DNA of 33,504 nucleotides from Fidelibacterota bacterium (GCA_038281125.1 JAYNUL010000001.1:27114-60617); one strand, 5' to 3'. Positions 1-10,050 are shown, counted from the first letter of the stretch. The notes: generated by a model from the letters alone, not told the origin. A program made the numbers and translations.

Positions 1-648
1 AATCATGTTTTTGCAGTTTGGGATTTCATGTCGGTGCTGAAAGCATTACAATTAGATTTAACAACTGTTAATGTACCCTGGACGCCAAATAACAATCCAA
101 ATACTGCGCGATTTATAAATGAGATTGTGCATGGAGAAGAAAGCGATTTAGATATAGATGGCCAACCAAAGAGCCATTTTGAGATGTATCTAGATGCGAT
201 GACAGAAGTCAATGCAAACAGGACCCAAATCGATTCTTTTATTAAAAGTATTAATTCTAAATATAGTGTTTCCGATGCATTAAATAGTGTTGCCATAAAT
301 GACGATGTAAAAGAGTTTACTCATTTTACCTTTGAAATAATTAATTCTGGAAAAATTCACTGCATAGCAGCTGCATTCACCTATGGAAGAGAAGATATCA
401 TCCCTGAAATGTTCATCGAGATCATAAATGAATTAGGACCCGGGAACGTCCATTGTAATAGACTAAAATATTATCTGGAAAGGCATGTTGAGATAGATGG
501 GAGTCTCCATGGTCCTATTGCAAGGGAAATGGTGAAAGAATTATGTGGAACAGATAAAAAGAAGTGGGAAGAAGTTTTAAATGTGGGTAGAGAATGTATT
601 TTGAAGAGAATCCAACTATGGGATGCGATTTATGATATTATAGTTTAA
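1..648 (+). CDS. DUF3050-family protein (heme-oxygenase-like fold), 5'-truncated by the window
   Basis: The frame is open from base 1 (NHVFAVWDF-MSVLKALQ), so the ORF-track Met at 28 is internal. Motifs HVFAVWDFMS, INEIVxxEESD, SHFEMYL, FTYGRED and YYLERHVEIDG..HGP match my recollection of DUF3050. Confidence 0.8.
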   Translation, partial: NHVFAVWDFMSVLKALQLDLTTVNVPWTPNNNPNTARFINEIVHGEESDLDIDGQPKSHFEMYLDAMTEVNANRTQIDSFIKSINSKYSVSDALNSVAINDDVKEFTHFTFEIINSGKIHCIAAAFTYGREDIIPEMFIEIINELGPGNVHCNRLKYYLERHVEIDGSLHGPIAREMVKELCGTDKKKWEEVLNVGRECILKRIQLWDAIYDIIV

Positions 649-669
649 GATTATAGATACTAAAGGTAG

Positions 670-1620
670 CTACAACATGCCTTTAACATTCCGTAACTCA
701 TTTACTCCATTTTTATAAACTGCATGGTCAAAAGACCATTTTAAACATGCTGCTCCAACTTCCCCATCTTTTCTTAGTGCGATGTATCCAATTTGAAAAT
801 CGGGATTCCCACCATGCGCTTTAATAACTCTATTCAAAGCCTCTTCACATGCCTCATCAGGGTTGTATCCTTGTCGCATCAGTTCGACTACAAGAAAACT
901 TCCAGTAGATTTGATAACCTCTTCCCCAAGACCTGTTGCGGCAGCGCAACCAATCTCATTATCAACAAATAATGCCGCCCCTATAATTGGACTGTCTCCA
1001 ACTCTACCATGCATCTTGTAGGCCCAGCCACTGGTTGTACACGCACCAGCAAGATTTCCTTCCCTGTCCTGAACTAGAACAGAGAGAGTGTCATGCGTTT
1101 CGTGAGGAGTCATTTCTCGCCTATCTTTTAACCATTTTTTCCATTCTTTTTTTGATTTCTCAGTAAGAAGATTCATTTCTTCGAACCCTTTTGATTTCGC
1201 AAATTGTTTTGCACCCTCACCAACTAGCATAACATGCTTTGTATCATCCATTACCATTCTTGCTACTGATACAGGGTGCTTTATATTCTGTAAAAATGCA
1301 ACAGATCCAGCATTCCCAGTTGAATCCATAACGCAGGCATCTAGGGTTACATGGCCTAGTTCATCTGGAAGACCACCGTATCCAACAGAATTATTTTCTA
1401 CATCAGATTCAGCGTGCCTTGCTCCTGCCTCTGCAGCATCCATTGCAGACCCTTTGCTTTTTAATACCTTCATGGCTTCTTCATTGGCGGGTATACCAAA
1501 ATTCCAAGTAGACAGTATTACAGGATTGTTTTTATTATTTTTTATTTTATTTGATTTCGCTAGAATCATTGGAGATGAAGCGCCAGCCAAACTAGCCATC
1601 AGGAACTGCCTTCTTTTCAT
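670..1620 (-). CDS. N(4)-(beta-N-acetylglucosaminyl)-L-asparaginase (glycosylasparaginase, Ntn hydrolase) with Tat signal
   Basis: N-terminal KRRQFL twin-arginine signal; SVGYGGLPD..G.VTLDACVMD; autocleavage site HD/T; TTSG.AYKMHGRVGDSPIIGA; ATGLGEE. ATG at 1620 is preferred over the adjacent GTG at 1623. Confidence 0.9.
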   Translation of the reverse strand: MKRRQFLMASLAGASSPMILAKSNKIKNNKNNPVILSTWNFGIPANEEAMKVLKSKGSAMDAAEAGARHAESDVENNSVGYGGLPDELGHVTLDACVMDSTGNAGSVAFLQNIKHPVSVARMVMDDTKHVMLVGEGAKQFAKSKGFEEMNLLTEKSKKEWKKWLKDRREMTPHETHDTLSVLVQDREGNLAGACTTSGWAYKMHGRVGDSPIIGAALFVDNEIGCAAATGLGEEVIKSTGSFLVVELMRQGYNPDEACEEALNRVIKAHGGNPDFQIGYIALRKDGEVGAACLKWSFDHAVYKNGVNELRNVKGML

Positions 1621-1711
1621 CACACGCTCACTTTTTATGTTTATTGTTGTTCTTTATATAATTAACTATAATGATAATTTATTGACAAGATGAGTTATGT
1701 TCAATGAATCA

Positions 1712-2875
1712 TCAAACGAGGCTCTTCTTTAAGCGAATTAGGGTGATTTCGGCTGGAACTCCAATCCTTAGTGGAGGTCCCCAGTAGCCAGTTCCTCTGT
1801 TGACGTAAATCTGTGTTCCATCATGGTTGTAGTGCCCAGCAAGGTATGCGTTTGCAAGTTTTGTTGGGTATGTAAATGGCCAAAATTGTCCACCATGTGT
1901 ATGCCCAGACAATTGAAGATCTACACCTGCATCATGGACTGAATAAATACTATTTGGCTGATGGGCTAGCATAATTTTTGTAGTAGTGTTATCAACATGT
2001 TTAATTGCCTTCTTTGGATCTGATCTGTGAGATTTGATTATTTGATGTGCTCGAAAGTCTGTTATTCCGGCAATCGCTATATGTTTTCCATTCTTGGTTA
2101 TTAATCTGTGCTCATTAATAAGGTTTGTCATACCAAGTCGATCAGTCTCATCAAGCCAGGATTCCGCACCAGAATAGTATTCATGATTACCAGTAACGAA
2201 AAAGGTGCCATGCCTAGCAACCATATCTTTAAATGGTTGCAGTTCTTTTGATAGATGTTTTACAGAACCATCAACCATATCACCAGTGACAGCAATTAAA
2301 TCAGGATTAACATTTTCAATTTTACGCAACACATCATCAACATAGCTTATTTTTATGGTGGGACCTACATGGAGATCAGAAATCTGTGCAATGGTAAAAT
2401 TTTCAAACTCATCTGGAAGAGACTTGAGAAAGATATCCTGCTCAATTATCGCTGGGCCCTTTCGCGATGAGTAAAATCCATAAGATGTGGCAGCTCCAGA
2501 GATTCCAAGTACCCCCAGGGTTAAACTTTTCTTTATAAAATCTCTTTTTGAATCATCAACTTCCTGCTGCGAACCCATTAGATAGCTCACAAAGGTTACT
2601 GCATAGCCAAAAAGATCCTTGGTTAAAAGAATTAAAAAGGTTAATACAAAAAAGCCTAGGCTTGTGTATCCAAACAGGGAGATGCGGTCTATGATTTTTG
2701 TTTCACTACCGCTATATCTAAGTAAGATAGGCAATAAAGGTAAAATACTTAGAAAAAAGACTAGAATGTATAAGGTTATTCCACCAGACGATGTCAAACC
2801 TAAGGTTGGTATTACTTTCCACGCAACGTAACCATGTATGATCCATAACACGGTTAATACAACAATTAGGAACAT
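1712..2875 (-). CDS. Membrane-anchored metallophosphoesterase (YkuE/YaeI-like, calcineurin-like)
   Basis: Three to four N-terminal hydrophobic helices, then metal motifs SDLH, TGDMVD, GNHEYY, LAHQP, LSGHTHGGQ and YVNRGTGYWGPPLR. Confidence 0.9.
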   Translation of the reverse strand: MFLIVVLTVLWIIHGYVAWKVIPTLGLTSSGGITLYILVFFLSILPLLPILLRYSGSETKIIDRISLFGYTSLGFFVLTFLILLTKDLFGYAVTFVSYLMGSQQEVDDSKRDFIKKSLTLGVLGISGAATSYGFYSSRKGPAIIEQDIFLKSLPDEFENFTIAQISDLHVGPTIKISYVDDVLRKIENVNPDLIAVTGDMVDGSVKHLSKELQPFKDMVARHGTFFVTGNHEYYSGAESWLDETDRLGMTNLINEHRLITKNGKHIAIAGITDFRAHQIIKSHRSDPKKAIKHVDNTTTKIMLAHQPNSIYSVHDAGVDLQLSGHTHGGQFWPFTYPTKLANAYLAGHYNHDGTQIYVNRGTGYWGPPLRIGVPAEITLIRLKKSLV

Positions 2876-2910
2876 ATTTTTTACTTTTTAAAAACTATTA
2901 ATTCTAAATA

Positions 2911-4083
2911 CTAAGAATCATATGCAGGGATGCCCGTGACTTCTTGCCCTAATATGAGAGTATGCATTTCATGGGTACCTTCATAGGTAAATACTGATTC
3001 GATATTGGCCATATGCCTTATGGGAGAATAGTCCTCCATAATGCCATTCCCTCCAAGAATTTCTCTGGAAGTTCTAGCAATATCTCTTGCAATAAAGCAG
3101 TTGTTTCTCTTAGCCATTGAAACCTGCTGAAAGGTCATCTTATTTTCGTCTTTCAATCTTCCCAGTCTATAAACTAGCAACTGCGCTTCAGTAATTCGTG
3201 TAACCATTTCTGCGAGCTTTGCCTGAGTTAGTTGATACCCTGCGATAGGTTTTGAAAATTGTTTTCGCTCTTTAGCATAATCTAAAGCTGTGTTGTAACA
3301 ATCAACAGCAGCTCCTACCATTCCCCATGCAATCCCATATCTTGCTTGAGTAAGACAACTAAGTGGGCCTTTCAAACCTTTAATATTAGGTAGGCGAGAA
3401 GAATCAGGAACACGAACATTAGCCATGGATAATTCCGAAGTAATTGAGGCTCTTAAGCTTAATTTACCATGAAGGTCACTTGACGTAAACCCTTCCATTC
3501 CTTTTTCTAAAAGGAATCCTCTAACAACACCTTCCTCATCTCGAGCCCAAACGAGTGCTACATCTGCTAGGGAACCATTTGTGATCCACATTTTGTTTCC
3601 GTTTATTACCCAATCATCTCCTTCTCTAGTGCAGGTTGTCACCATTCCACCGGGATTAGATCCAAAATTAGGCTCAGTTAGTCCAAAGCAACCTAACAGA
3701 TTCCCAGAACCCAACCCTGGCAACCATTTTTCTTTTTGCTCTTCCGATCCATAAGAATGTATGGGATACATAACAAGAGCGCCCTGAACACTTGCAAAAG
3801 ATCGAAGTCCAGAGTCACCTCTCTCTAGCTCATGCAGAATTAATCCATAGGCGACATTGCTGACGCCTGCACCTCCGGATTCTTCTGGAAGCGAGGATCC
3901 CATAAATCCCATCTCCCCTAATTTTGTAGCAAGCTCTAGCGGAAAGGTACCTTTTTCATAGTGTTCATGGATTAATGGCATAAATTCTTTCTGCACAAAC
4001 TCATATGCAGTTCTTTGAATCAAAAGTTCTTCTTCCGACAATAAGTCAGTTATATTGTAAAAGTCAGGTCCAAATGCTTTCAT
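2911..4083 (-). CDS. Acyl-CoA dehydrogenase, glutaryl-CoA dehydrogenase-like
   Basis: YGLILHELERGDSGLRSFASVQ, GCFGLTEPNFGSNP, NGNKMWITNG, KLSLRASIT and FTYEGTHEMHTLILG, as seen in the glutaryl-CoA dehydrogenase subfamily. Confidence 0.88.
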   Translation of the reverse strand: MKAFGPDFYNITDLLSEEELLIQRTAYEFVQKEFMPLIHEHYEKGTFPLELATKLGEMGFMGSSLPEESGGAGVSNVAYGLILHELERGDSGLRSFASVQGALVMYPIHSYGSEEQKEKWLPGLGSGNLLGCFGLTEPNFGSNPGGMVTTCTREGDDWVINGNKMWITNGSLADVALVWARDEEGVVRGFLLEKGMEGFTSSDLHGKLSLRASITSELSMANVRVPDSSRLPNIKGLKGPLSCLTQARYGIAWGMVGAAVDCYNTALDYAKERKQFSKPIAGYQLTQAKLAEMVTRITEAQLLVYRLGRLKDENKMTFQQVSMAKRNNCFIARDIARTSREILGGNGIMEDYSPIRHMANIESVFTYEGTHEMHTLILGQEVTGIPAYDS

Positions 4084-4178
4084 AATTATCCTATTGAATT
4101 ATTATAAATTAAGACATAAAACCACTTGAATACTGATGGTTTAATGTAAGATTTTTTTCACACCAAAAATTATTAGTT

Positions 4179-5186
4179 ATGGTAAAAGATGATCAATATT
4201 ATATGGGGCTCGCCATTAAGGAGGCGTTAAAAGGATCTTATAACACCTTCCCTAACCCAAGAGTTGGAGCTGTCGTAGTTGCAAATGGAACAGTTGTTTC
4301 TAAAGGATATCACGAATCTTTTGGTGCACCCCATGCTGAATCGGTAGCCATTGATAAAATAAAAGGTGATATCAAAAATGCTACTCTATATGTAACCCTA
4401 GAACCCTGTGCCCATAATGGAAAAAGAGGCCCCTGTTCAGAAATGATTGATCCAAAAAAGTTTTCGAAGGTTGTTATTGGTTCAAAAGATCCCAATCAAA
4501 TTGCTACTGGTGGTTTAGAGCAACTCTTAAAAAAAGGAATAAAAGTTGTTGAATCGGTATGTGAAAAAGAATGCAAAAGCATTAACAGAAGATTTTTCAC
4601 ATTTTATGAACAAAAGCGTCCTTACATAATCTTAAAAATGGCTTTGACTCTTGATGGTTTCATCGCCGAAGAAAGTGGCAAATCCAAATGGATTACTAAT
4701 GATAGATCAAGGAATTCTGTTCATAAACTTAGAAGCAGTTGTGATGCCATTCTTGTTGGAAATCGTACTGTTGAAAAAGATAATCCTAGTCTCACTAGCC
4801 ATGGCAGAGGTAAGGATCCTCGCGTGATTTTGTTTAGCAAAGATTTTGATAAAAAGTTAGCACTAAAGGTTTTTAATCAAGAACCCCTTATTTTTGATTT
4901 AGAAAACTCTGACAACAACCCCAAAAAAAATATAGAAAAAATGCTAAATTATTTACATGCAAATTCCTACCAATCATTGTTGGTTGAGGGTGGTGGGACT
5001 ACATTTACGCACTTTTTAGATGAAAATATTTTTGATGAATTACAAATTTTCTATGCACCTAAAATTATTGGAACAGGGATTCCATTTTTTAAGGGCAAAA
5101 AAAACCTAGAAGAAGATTTAGGTCTTAAATTAGATAAGATTGAAAACTTTGGAAATGACGTAAGACTAACCTTTTATAGATACTAA
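4179..5186 (+). CDS. ribD: Bifunctional riboflavin biosynthesis deaminase/reductase
   Basis: PNPRVGAV; Zn motif HAE...LYVTLEPCAH...PC; reductase motifs TLDGFIA..SG.SKWIT, DAILVG..TV..DNP.L and LLVEGG. Confidence 0.95.
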   Translation: MVKDDQYYMGLAIKEALKGSYNTFPNPRVGAVVVANGTVVSKGYHESFGAPHAESVAIDKIKGDIKNATLYVTLEPCAHNGKRGPCSEMIDPKKFSKVVIGSKDPNQIATGGLEQLLKKGIKVVESVCEKECKSINRRFFTFYEQKRPYIILKMALTLDGFIAEESGKSKWITNDRSRNSVHKLRSSCDAILVGNRTVEKDNPSLTSHGRGKDPRVILFSKDFDKKLALKVFNQEPLIFDLENSDNNPKKNIEKMLNYLHANSYQSLLVEGGGTTFTHFLDENIFDELQIFYAPKIIGTGIPFFKGKKNLEEDLGLKLDKIENFGNDVRLTFYRY

Positions 5187-5788
5187 TGTTTACTGGACTC
5201 GTTGAAGAAATTGGAACAATAAAGGAATATAAAAGCATTCCTGATGGCAAAGAGGCATGGATTGAAGGCCATATAGTTATTGATGATTTAAAAAAAGATG
5301 ACAGTATCTCATGCTCTGGCATATGCCTGACTGTTGTTGAAACAAAAGATCAATTTTTTAGAGTTCAATTAGTTAATGAAACTCTAGAAAAATCAACAGC
5401 AAGATATTGGGATAAAGATACAAAAATAAATCTTGAACGTGCTCTATTACCAACATCACGAATGGGGGGGCACTTTGTACAGGGTCATGTGGATGGGACT
5501 GTCAAAATATTAGATATCATACCAATGGAGGACTCCGCTGTTTGGCACTTTAGCCTTCCTGAAAAACTTGGACTGTTTCTTGTTGATAAAGGATCTATAT
5601 GTCTAGACGGGATAAGCCTTACAATTGTTGAAAAACTTGACCATTGTTTTACTGTTGCTCTAATCCCTCACACTTTAGGTGTTACCACCTGGGGTCAAAA
5701 AAAAGTAGATGATTTTGTAAATATTGAGGTAGATATCATGGCGAAATACATAAAAAATCTAATGCCCAAGGAAGAAAATGAAGTTTAG
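5186..5788 (+). CDS. ribE: Riboflavin synthase (alpha chain)
   Basis: Diagnostic N-terminus MFTGLVEE; GICLTV, INLERAL, GGHFVQGHVD, KGSICLDGISLTI, VNIEVD. TAATG overlap with ribD. Confidence 0.95.
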   Translation: MFTGLVEEIGTIKEYKSIPDGKEAWIEGHIVIDDLKKDDSISCSGICLTVVETKDQFFRVQLVNETLEKSTARYWDKDTKINLERALLPTSRMGGHFVQGHVDGTVKILDIIPMEDSAVWHFSLPEKLGLFLVDKGSICLDGISLTIVEKLDHCFTVALIPHTLGVTTWGQKKVDDFVNIEVDIMAKYIKNLMPKEENEV

Positions 5789-6974
5789 TTCTGTAGCAGA
5801 CATCCTCAGTGACATCGCCGATGGAAAACCAGTAATTGTTATTGACAGTGAGGACAGAGAAAACGAAGGAGACCTGGTAATCGCATCAGAGTTAGCTACC
5901 CCAGAAACAATAAATTTTATGGCAAAAGAAGGTCGAGGTTTAATCTGCGTGTCCCTGACAGAAGAAAGAGCTGAACAGTTAGACCTAGAAGTGATTGAGA
6001 ACAAAAACTCGGGTCTCCATAAAACAAACTTTACTGTTAGTGTGGATGCAAAAGAAAATACCACAACTGGCATTTCCGCGTTTGATAGATCTGTGACCAT
6101 TAAAACTCTTATTTCAGATAATACAAATTCCAGAGATTTATCACGCCCCGGTCACATTTTTCCAATAGTCGGTAAGAACGGTGGAGTATTAAGGCGTGCT
6201 GGGCATACAGAGGCAAGCATTGATCTTGCAACACTGGCGGGTTTACAGCCAAGCGGCGTGATATGTGAGATTATGGCCGATGACGGCACGATGGCAAAGG
6301 GAAAAGAGCTTGATCGATTTGCAAAAAAACATGACCTCAAAATCATTTCGATTTCATCATTAATCAAGCACCTTAGCAAAGAACGTGATCTAGTAAAAAA
6401 AATTGACTCGATCAAATTACCAACTAAGAATGGCGAATATGATCTCCATACATATGAAGGCATTTTTGATGGAAAAACACACCTCGCACTTACAAAAGGT
6501 GATTATCTTTCAAGGGAATCAGTATTGGTGAGGGTCCACTCAGAATGCCTTACTGGTGATGTATTCCATTCTCTAAGATGTGATTGTGGTGACCAGCTAG
6601 ATGTGGCCCTGAATTTGATTGAGTCAGAAGGATCTGGAATCGTTATATACCTTAGGCAAGAGGGTCGAGGAATTGGTCTTAAACACAAGATAAAAGCCTA
6701 TAAGTTGCAAGAAGAGGGTCTTGATACGGTTGAAGCAAATGAAAAGCTTGGCTTTAAACCAGACCTGAGAGATTATGGAATTGGTGCGCAGATTTTAAAA
6801 AAGCTCGGTGTGAAAAAGTTAACAGTCTTAACAAACAATCCTAAAAAGTTGATCGGCTTGGAAGGGCACGGTTTAGAGATAACATCAAGAAGACCAATTA
6901 TTGTTGGTGAGAACAAGAACAATTCAGGGTATTTAAAAACTAAAAAAGAAAAGCTTGGGCATATTCTAAGATGA
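5778..6974 (+). CDS. ribBA: Bifunctional DHBP synthase / GTP cyclohydrolase II
   Basis: DRENEGD, RPGHIFP, GGVLRRAGHTEA, VRVHSECLTGDVFHSLRCDCG, QEGRGIGL, TNNPKK. Confidence 0.96.
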   Translation: MKFSSVADILSDIADGKPVIVIDSEDRENEGDLVIASELATPETINFMAKEGRGLICVSLTEERAEQLDLEVIENKNSGLHKTNFTVSVDAKENTTTGISAFDRSVTIKTLISDNTNSRDLSRPGHIFPIVGKNGGVLRRAGHTEASIDLATLAGLQPSGVICEIMADDGTMAKGKELDRFAKKHDLKIISISSLIKHLSKERDLVKKIDSIKLPTKNGEYDLHTYEGIFDGKTHLALTKGDYLSRESVLVRVHSECLTGDVFHSLRCDCGDQLDVALNLIESEGSGIVIYLRQEGRGIGLKHKIKAYKLQEEGLDTVEANEKLGFKPDLRDYGIGAQILKKLGVKKLTVLTNNPKKLIGLEGHGLEITSRRPIIVGENKNNSGYLKTKKEKLGHILR

Positions 6975-7405
6975 TAGCAATTGTATGTAGCGAGTTTAAC
7001 TCTAAAGTAACCGATGGCCTGTTGGAGGGATGCCTCCTGGCATTAAACAAGGAGGGTGTAAGCAGCGAAAAAATTGATATTCACAAGGTTCCTGGAGCCT
7101 TTGAACTACCTGGAAAGGTAAAGCGTCTTACAAGGGGAGATACAAGCTATGATGCGATAATTACATTAGGCTGCGTGATAAAGGGTGAGACTGATCATTA
7201 TCACTACATATCTCAGGCAGTTACAGATGGTATCATGTCATTAACTATTGAACTGGATAGTGATTATCCTAAAATAATTTTTGGTGTATTAACCTGTCAA
7301 AGTAAAGAATTAGCGATAGCGCGTTCTGGCTCTAATATGGATAAAAATAAGGGATATGAGGCAGGAAAAGCTGCACTAAAAATGATCTCCACCAAAAAAG
7401 ACTAG
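6971..7405 (+). CDS. ribH: 6,7-dimethyl-8-ribityllumazine synthase
   Basis: IAIV..EFN, VPGAFELP, LGCVIKGETDHY, IFGVLT, NKGYEA. ATGA overlap with ribBA. Confidence 0.95.
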   Translation: MIAIVCSEFNSKVTDGLLEGCLLALNKEGVSSEKIDIHKVPGAFELPGKVKRLTRGDTSYDAIITLGCVIKGETDHYHYISQAVTDGIMSLTIELDSDYPKIIFGVLTCQSKELAIARSGSNMDKNKGYEAGKAALKMISTKKD

Positions 7406-7418
7406 ATTTTTAAAATCT

Positions 7419-8567
7419 TTACCTTTTTAGCTCCCTACTCATTGCTCTAAGGAGAGATTTTTCATGATCTACTGGCACATCTCCAGCAAGCCTCCAAAAC
7501 ATGACCCCCGTTAGATTTAGTTTTTTCCCTTCTTTGACTTTCCGAACTACAGTAGAAACACCATTAAATCCGTATTCTTTTTTACTACCTAATCTGCTTT
7601 TGCTATAGAGGACAAAATCTAATGTGTCTGGAATACTTGGATTCATGCTTATGATATCCTCATAAGTTAAAAATTCTTCGCCCCAACCAGCTCGAGCATA
7701 GAATGGTATTCCTATTACAATCTTTGATTGAGGAATACCAAAACTAGTCCAATAAGAGACTGAACCCTCTGGCCCAAAAACAGATTCAAAGGTAGCGTGC
7801 TTTGAACCAAGATCATTATCATAGTTCATCAAAGATACCCAATCTAAATAGTGCCACCATCCATTTTGAGGGAAATGTGAAATTTGTTTTTTATTTGAGT
7901 ACCAGATACTATTCCCATTTAAAATAGCAGCAGAAAAAATCTTATTTCCTCTTCCAAATTCTTTATCAAGAGCCTCACGAAATTCTTTGATAAATGTGAT
8001 ATAATAGTCTGTAAGCGCGTTATTGATTTTCTCCATCTCGTTTTTATCATCAAGCCATGATGGCTCCCAATCACAATCAAATCCATCTAGATCATTATCT
8101 CTAATAAACTTAATTATGTTACGAATTAGGTTTTGGCGGTTTTTTGTAATGCCCATCAGCTCTGACGTCACCTTAAACCCACCACCACCAAATGAGATTA
8201 ATGCCTTAACACCGTTAGCATGGGCAGATGCTACTATCTCATTGAGATTTTCCCAGCCAGTTGTCATAGAAATCTCACCTTTATTATTGGTGGCTTGTAG
8301 AAATGAGATACCAACGTGGGTCATTTTTTTGAATTGACTATCTGTAGGCATTTGGCCCTCCATTAGATAACCCATTATTACTGAATTTGGTGGCACGGGT
8401 TTGGTCTGATAGTCACTTATTGTCGCTATAAATTTTGATGGAATCTCAATTGTGGTTATTGAATCAGATTTACTTTCTATACCTTTAATGTTTTTTTTGA
8501 GTCCAGTATTATAAACACATGCGATTGAATTCATAATTATAATTAGGGAATATCCAATGGTTTTCAC
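7419..8567 (-). CDS. Glycoside hydrolase family 18 (chitinase-like), probable lipoprotein
   Basis: ISFGG, catalytic DxxDxDxE (DGFDCDWE), LMNYD, KIVIGIPFYAR, GVMFW. An in-frame GTG at 8567 gives a signal peptide ending in a lipobox-like SIA-C. The ORF-track start at 8639 is the alternative. Confidence 0.85.
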   Translation of the reverse strand: MKTIGYSLIIIMNSIACVYNTGLKKNIKGIESKSDSITTIEIPSKFIATISDYQTKPVPPNSVIMGYLMEGQMPTDSQFKKMTHVGISFLQATNNKGEISMTTGWENLNEIVASAHANGVKALISFGGGGFKVTSELMGITKNRQNLIRNIIKFIRDNDLDGFDCDWEPSWLDDKNEMEKINNALTDYYITFIKEFREALDKEFGRGNKIFSAAILNGNSIWYSNKKQISHFPQNGWWHYLDWVSLMNYDNDLGSKHATFESVFGPEGSVSYWTSFGIPQSKIVIGIPFYARAGWGEEFLTYEDIISMNPSIPDTLDFVLYSKSRLGSKKEYGFNGVSTVVRKVKEGKKLNLTGVMFWRLAGDVPVDHEKSLLRAMSRELKR

Positions 8568-8660
8568 AATAAAATCTCGCTTTAGCTTTTTGACATTATC
8601 AGAGAAGTTTTCAATAGAATTAGATTTACTTATAAACATATAAAAAGTTTTATTAGTTTA

Positions 8661-9977
8661 TTAATTGTGGATTGCATTTCGTTGAAATAAACGATCTAAA
8701 TTATCATCATATATTATCACTTTATGCTCCAACTTTAGCTGGTTGGTTATAGTTGAAATTTCCTTTTCTGAAAAATGAGCATTATCTCTTTTTGCTGATT
8801 TTGAGAGTAAAAACTCTCTTGCTAAGTATTGGTCTTCTTTTGAATGAATTTTTCTTTGAACCTGTTTGTTATCTAACAGTCCAAGATTTATTGCTTCTAT
8901 TGTTAATATCTTATCTCTTAATGCAAAATAAAATGCCTGAATGGGATTATCTAAAAATGTTTTTGGACTAGAATTCCTTAAATGATTTAATAAATCGTTT
9001 ATACTAAATGAGCCTCTTTGAAACGTAGCGAGAACTCTACCTGAATTAAGCTTTAAGTCAACCATAAAATCAGTCAATCTTTCCTTGGTTTTTGGATTAA
9101 TGCTTTGGTTGTCTTCGGCTTTCTCGTATACAATAGTACCTATTTTTTGCAGGGTGCTAATAACAAGCTCATCATCAATGCTAACATTATTACTCATTAA
9201 TCCATTAACGTAATCATTTGCCCTTATTTGCGATTGTTTTTTTAATATCAATTGCATCAGATCCAGTTTAGAATTTTGATAATCTTCTTCACTTATGATC
9301 ATTTGTTTTCGTTCATCTAATTTTAAAAGAAGATGCCATCCATAGCTGGATCTGACGGGTCCCATAATTGCATCAACTGGCATGGAGAACGCAACCTGCT
9401 CTATATTTGGATCAAGGGTATTATAAGGTACCCAACCAAGATGACCACCAGAATTATTTAGCACTTTATCTTTAAATAATTTTTTCGCGTAATAATCAAA
9501 TAAACTCAAATCATTTCTAATCAGGGGAGCGATCGTATCCAAAATATCTTTTTCTTGATGAAAAATGTGTTTTAATGAGATTTCAGTATTACTCCATCTG
9601 AAGTGTTTTCTTGCGGTACTGTCCTCGATCACTAGGTTTTTTTGATCTATAACTTGATCATAAAGCTCTTCACGAAGCGCCAGCTCTTTTGATAATAGAA
9701 CCCTACTCTTTCCTGCAGAATCAAGAGAAAGATTTTGGGATCTTGCAGCTTGTGCAAATAGCCTGGTGCGAACCAATTCATCAAGAGTTCTTTCACGCTC
9801 AAATTGTGAGTCTTTTATTTTTGTATTGATTAACTTGTTGGAATAAAGGTCAGTAAAATCTTTGGCTGTCACACAGCTGGTACCAATAGTAGCAAGAATT
9901 TCAGGTTCAACTTTTTTTTCACAAGCATGAAAAAAAAGACCAACTAATAAAATAAAATGTATCTTTATCATTATCAA
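8661..9977 (-). CDS. PpiC/parvulin-type peptidyl-prolyl isomerase lipoprotein (PrsA/SurA-like chaperone)
   Basis: Hydrophobic signal ending FHA-C; rotamase motifs LKHIF, SGGHLGWV, EQVAFSM and GPVRSSYGWHLL; helical SurA-N-like flanks. The start could be 9971. Confidence 0.82.
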   Translation of the reverse strand: MIMIKIHFILLVGLFFHACEKKVEPEILATIGTSCVTAKDFTDLYSNKLINTKIKDSQFERERTLDELVRTRLFAQAARSQNLSLDSAGKSRVLLSKELALREELYDQVIDQKNLVIEDSTARKHFRWSNTEISLKHIFHQEKDILDTIAPLIRNDLSLFDYYAKKLFKDKVLNNSGGHLGWVPYNTLDPNIEQVAFSMPVDAIMGPVRSSYGWHLLLKLDERKQMIISEEDYQNSKLDLMQLILKKQSQIRANDYVNGLMSNNVSIDDELVISTLQKIGTIVYEKAEDNQSINPKTKERLTDFMVDLKLNSGRVLATFQRGSFSINDLLNHLRNSSPKTFLDNPIQAFYFALRDKILTIEAINLGLLDNKQVQRKIHSKEDQYLAREFLLSKSAKRDNAHFSEKEISTITNQLKLEHKVIIYDDNLDRLFQRNAIHN

Positions 9978-9998
9978 AAAATAAAGGCCGATGAGGAT

Positions 9999-10031
9999 AA
10001 AAAAAAAGGGGGAGTAAAACTCCCCCTTTTT
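9999..10031 (-). terminator. Rho-independent terminator after the 1093-aa gene
   Basis: Perfect stem GGGGGAGT-aaa-ACTCCCCC (10008-10026), flanked by A9 (9999-10007, read as U9 on the minus transcript) and T5. It lies about 20 nt past the stop at 10051. Confidence 0.88.
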
Positions 10032-10050
10032 AGATTGGCTAAACCAATTG

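Noticed and set aside
2490-2550. Internal Tat-like motif (SKRDFIKK followed by a hydrophobic helix) in the metallophosphoesterase
   Set aside because: As I recall, this is a common feature of membrane YkuE-like phosphoesterases and not unusual.
4084-4178. FMN riboswitch upstream of the rib operon
   Set aside because: The spacer is only 95 nt, very AT-rich and shared with a divergent gene. It is too short and lacks recognisable RFN conserved segments.
2911-7405. Functional link between the FAD-dependent acyl-CoA dehydrogenase and the divergent rib operon
   Set aside because: Adjacency only, with no shared regulatory motif visible.
7404-7418. Palindrome AGATTTT-T-AAAATCT between convergent ribH and GH18
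   Set aside because: Almost all A/T with a 1-nt loop, so too weak to call a terminator and expected by chance.
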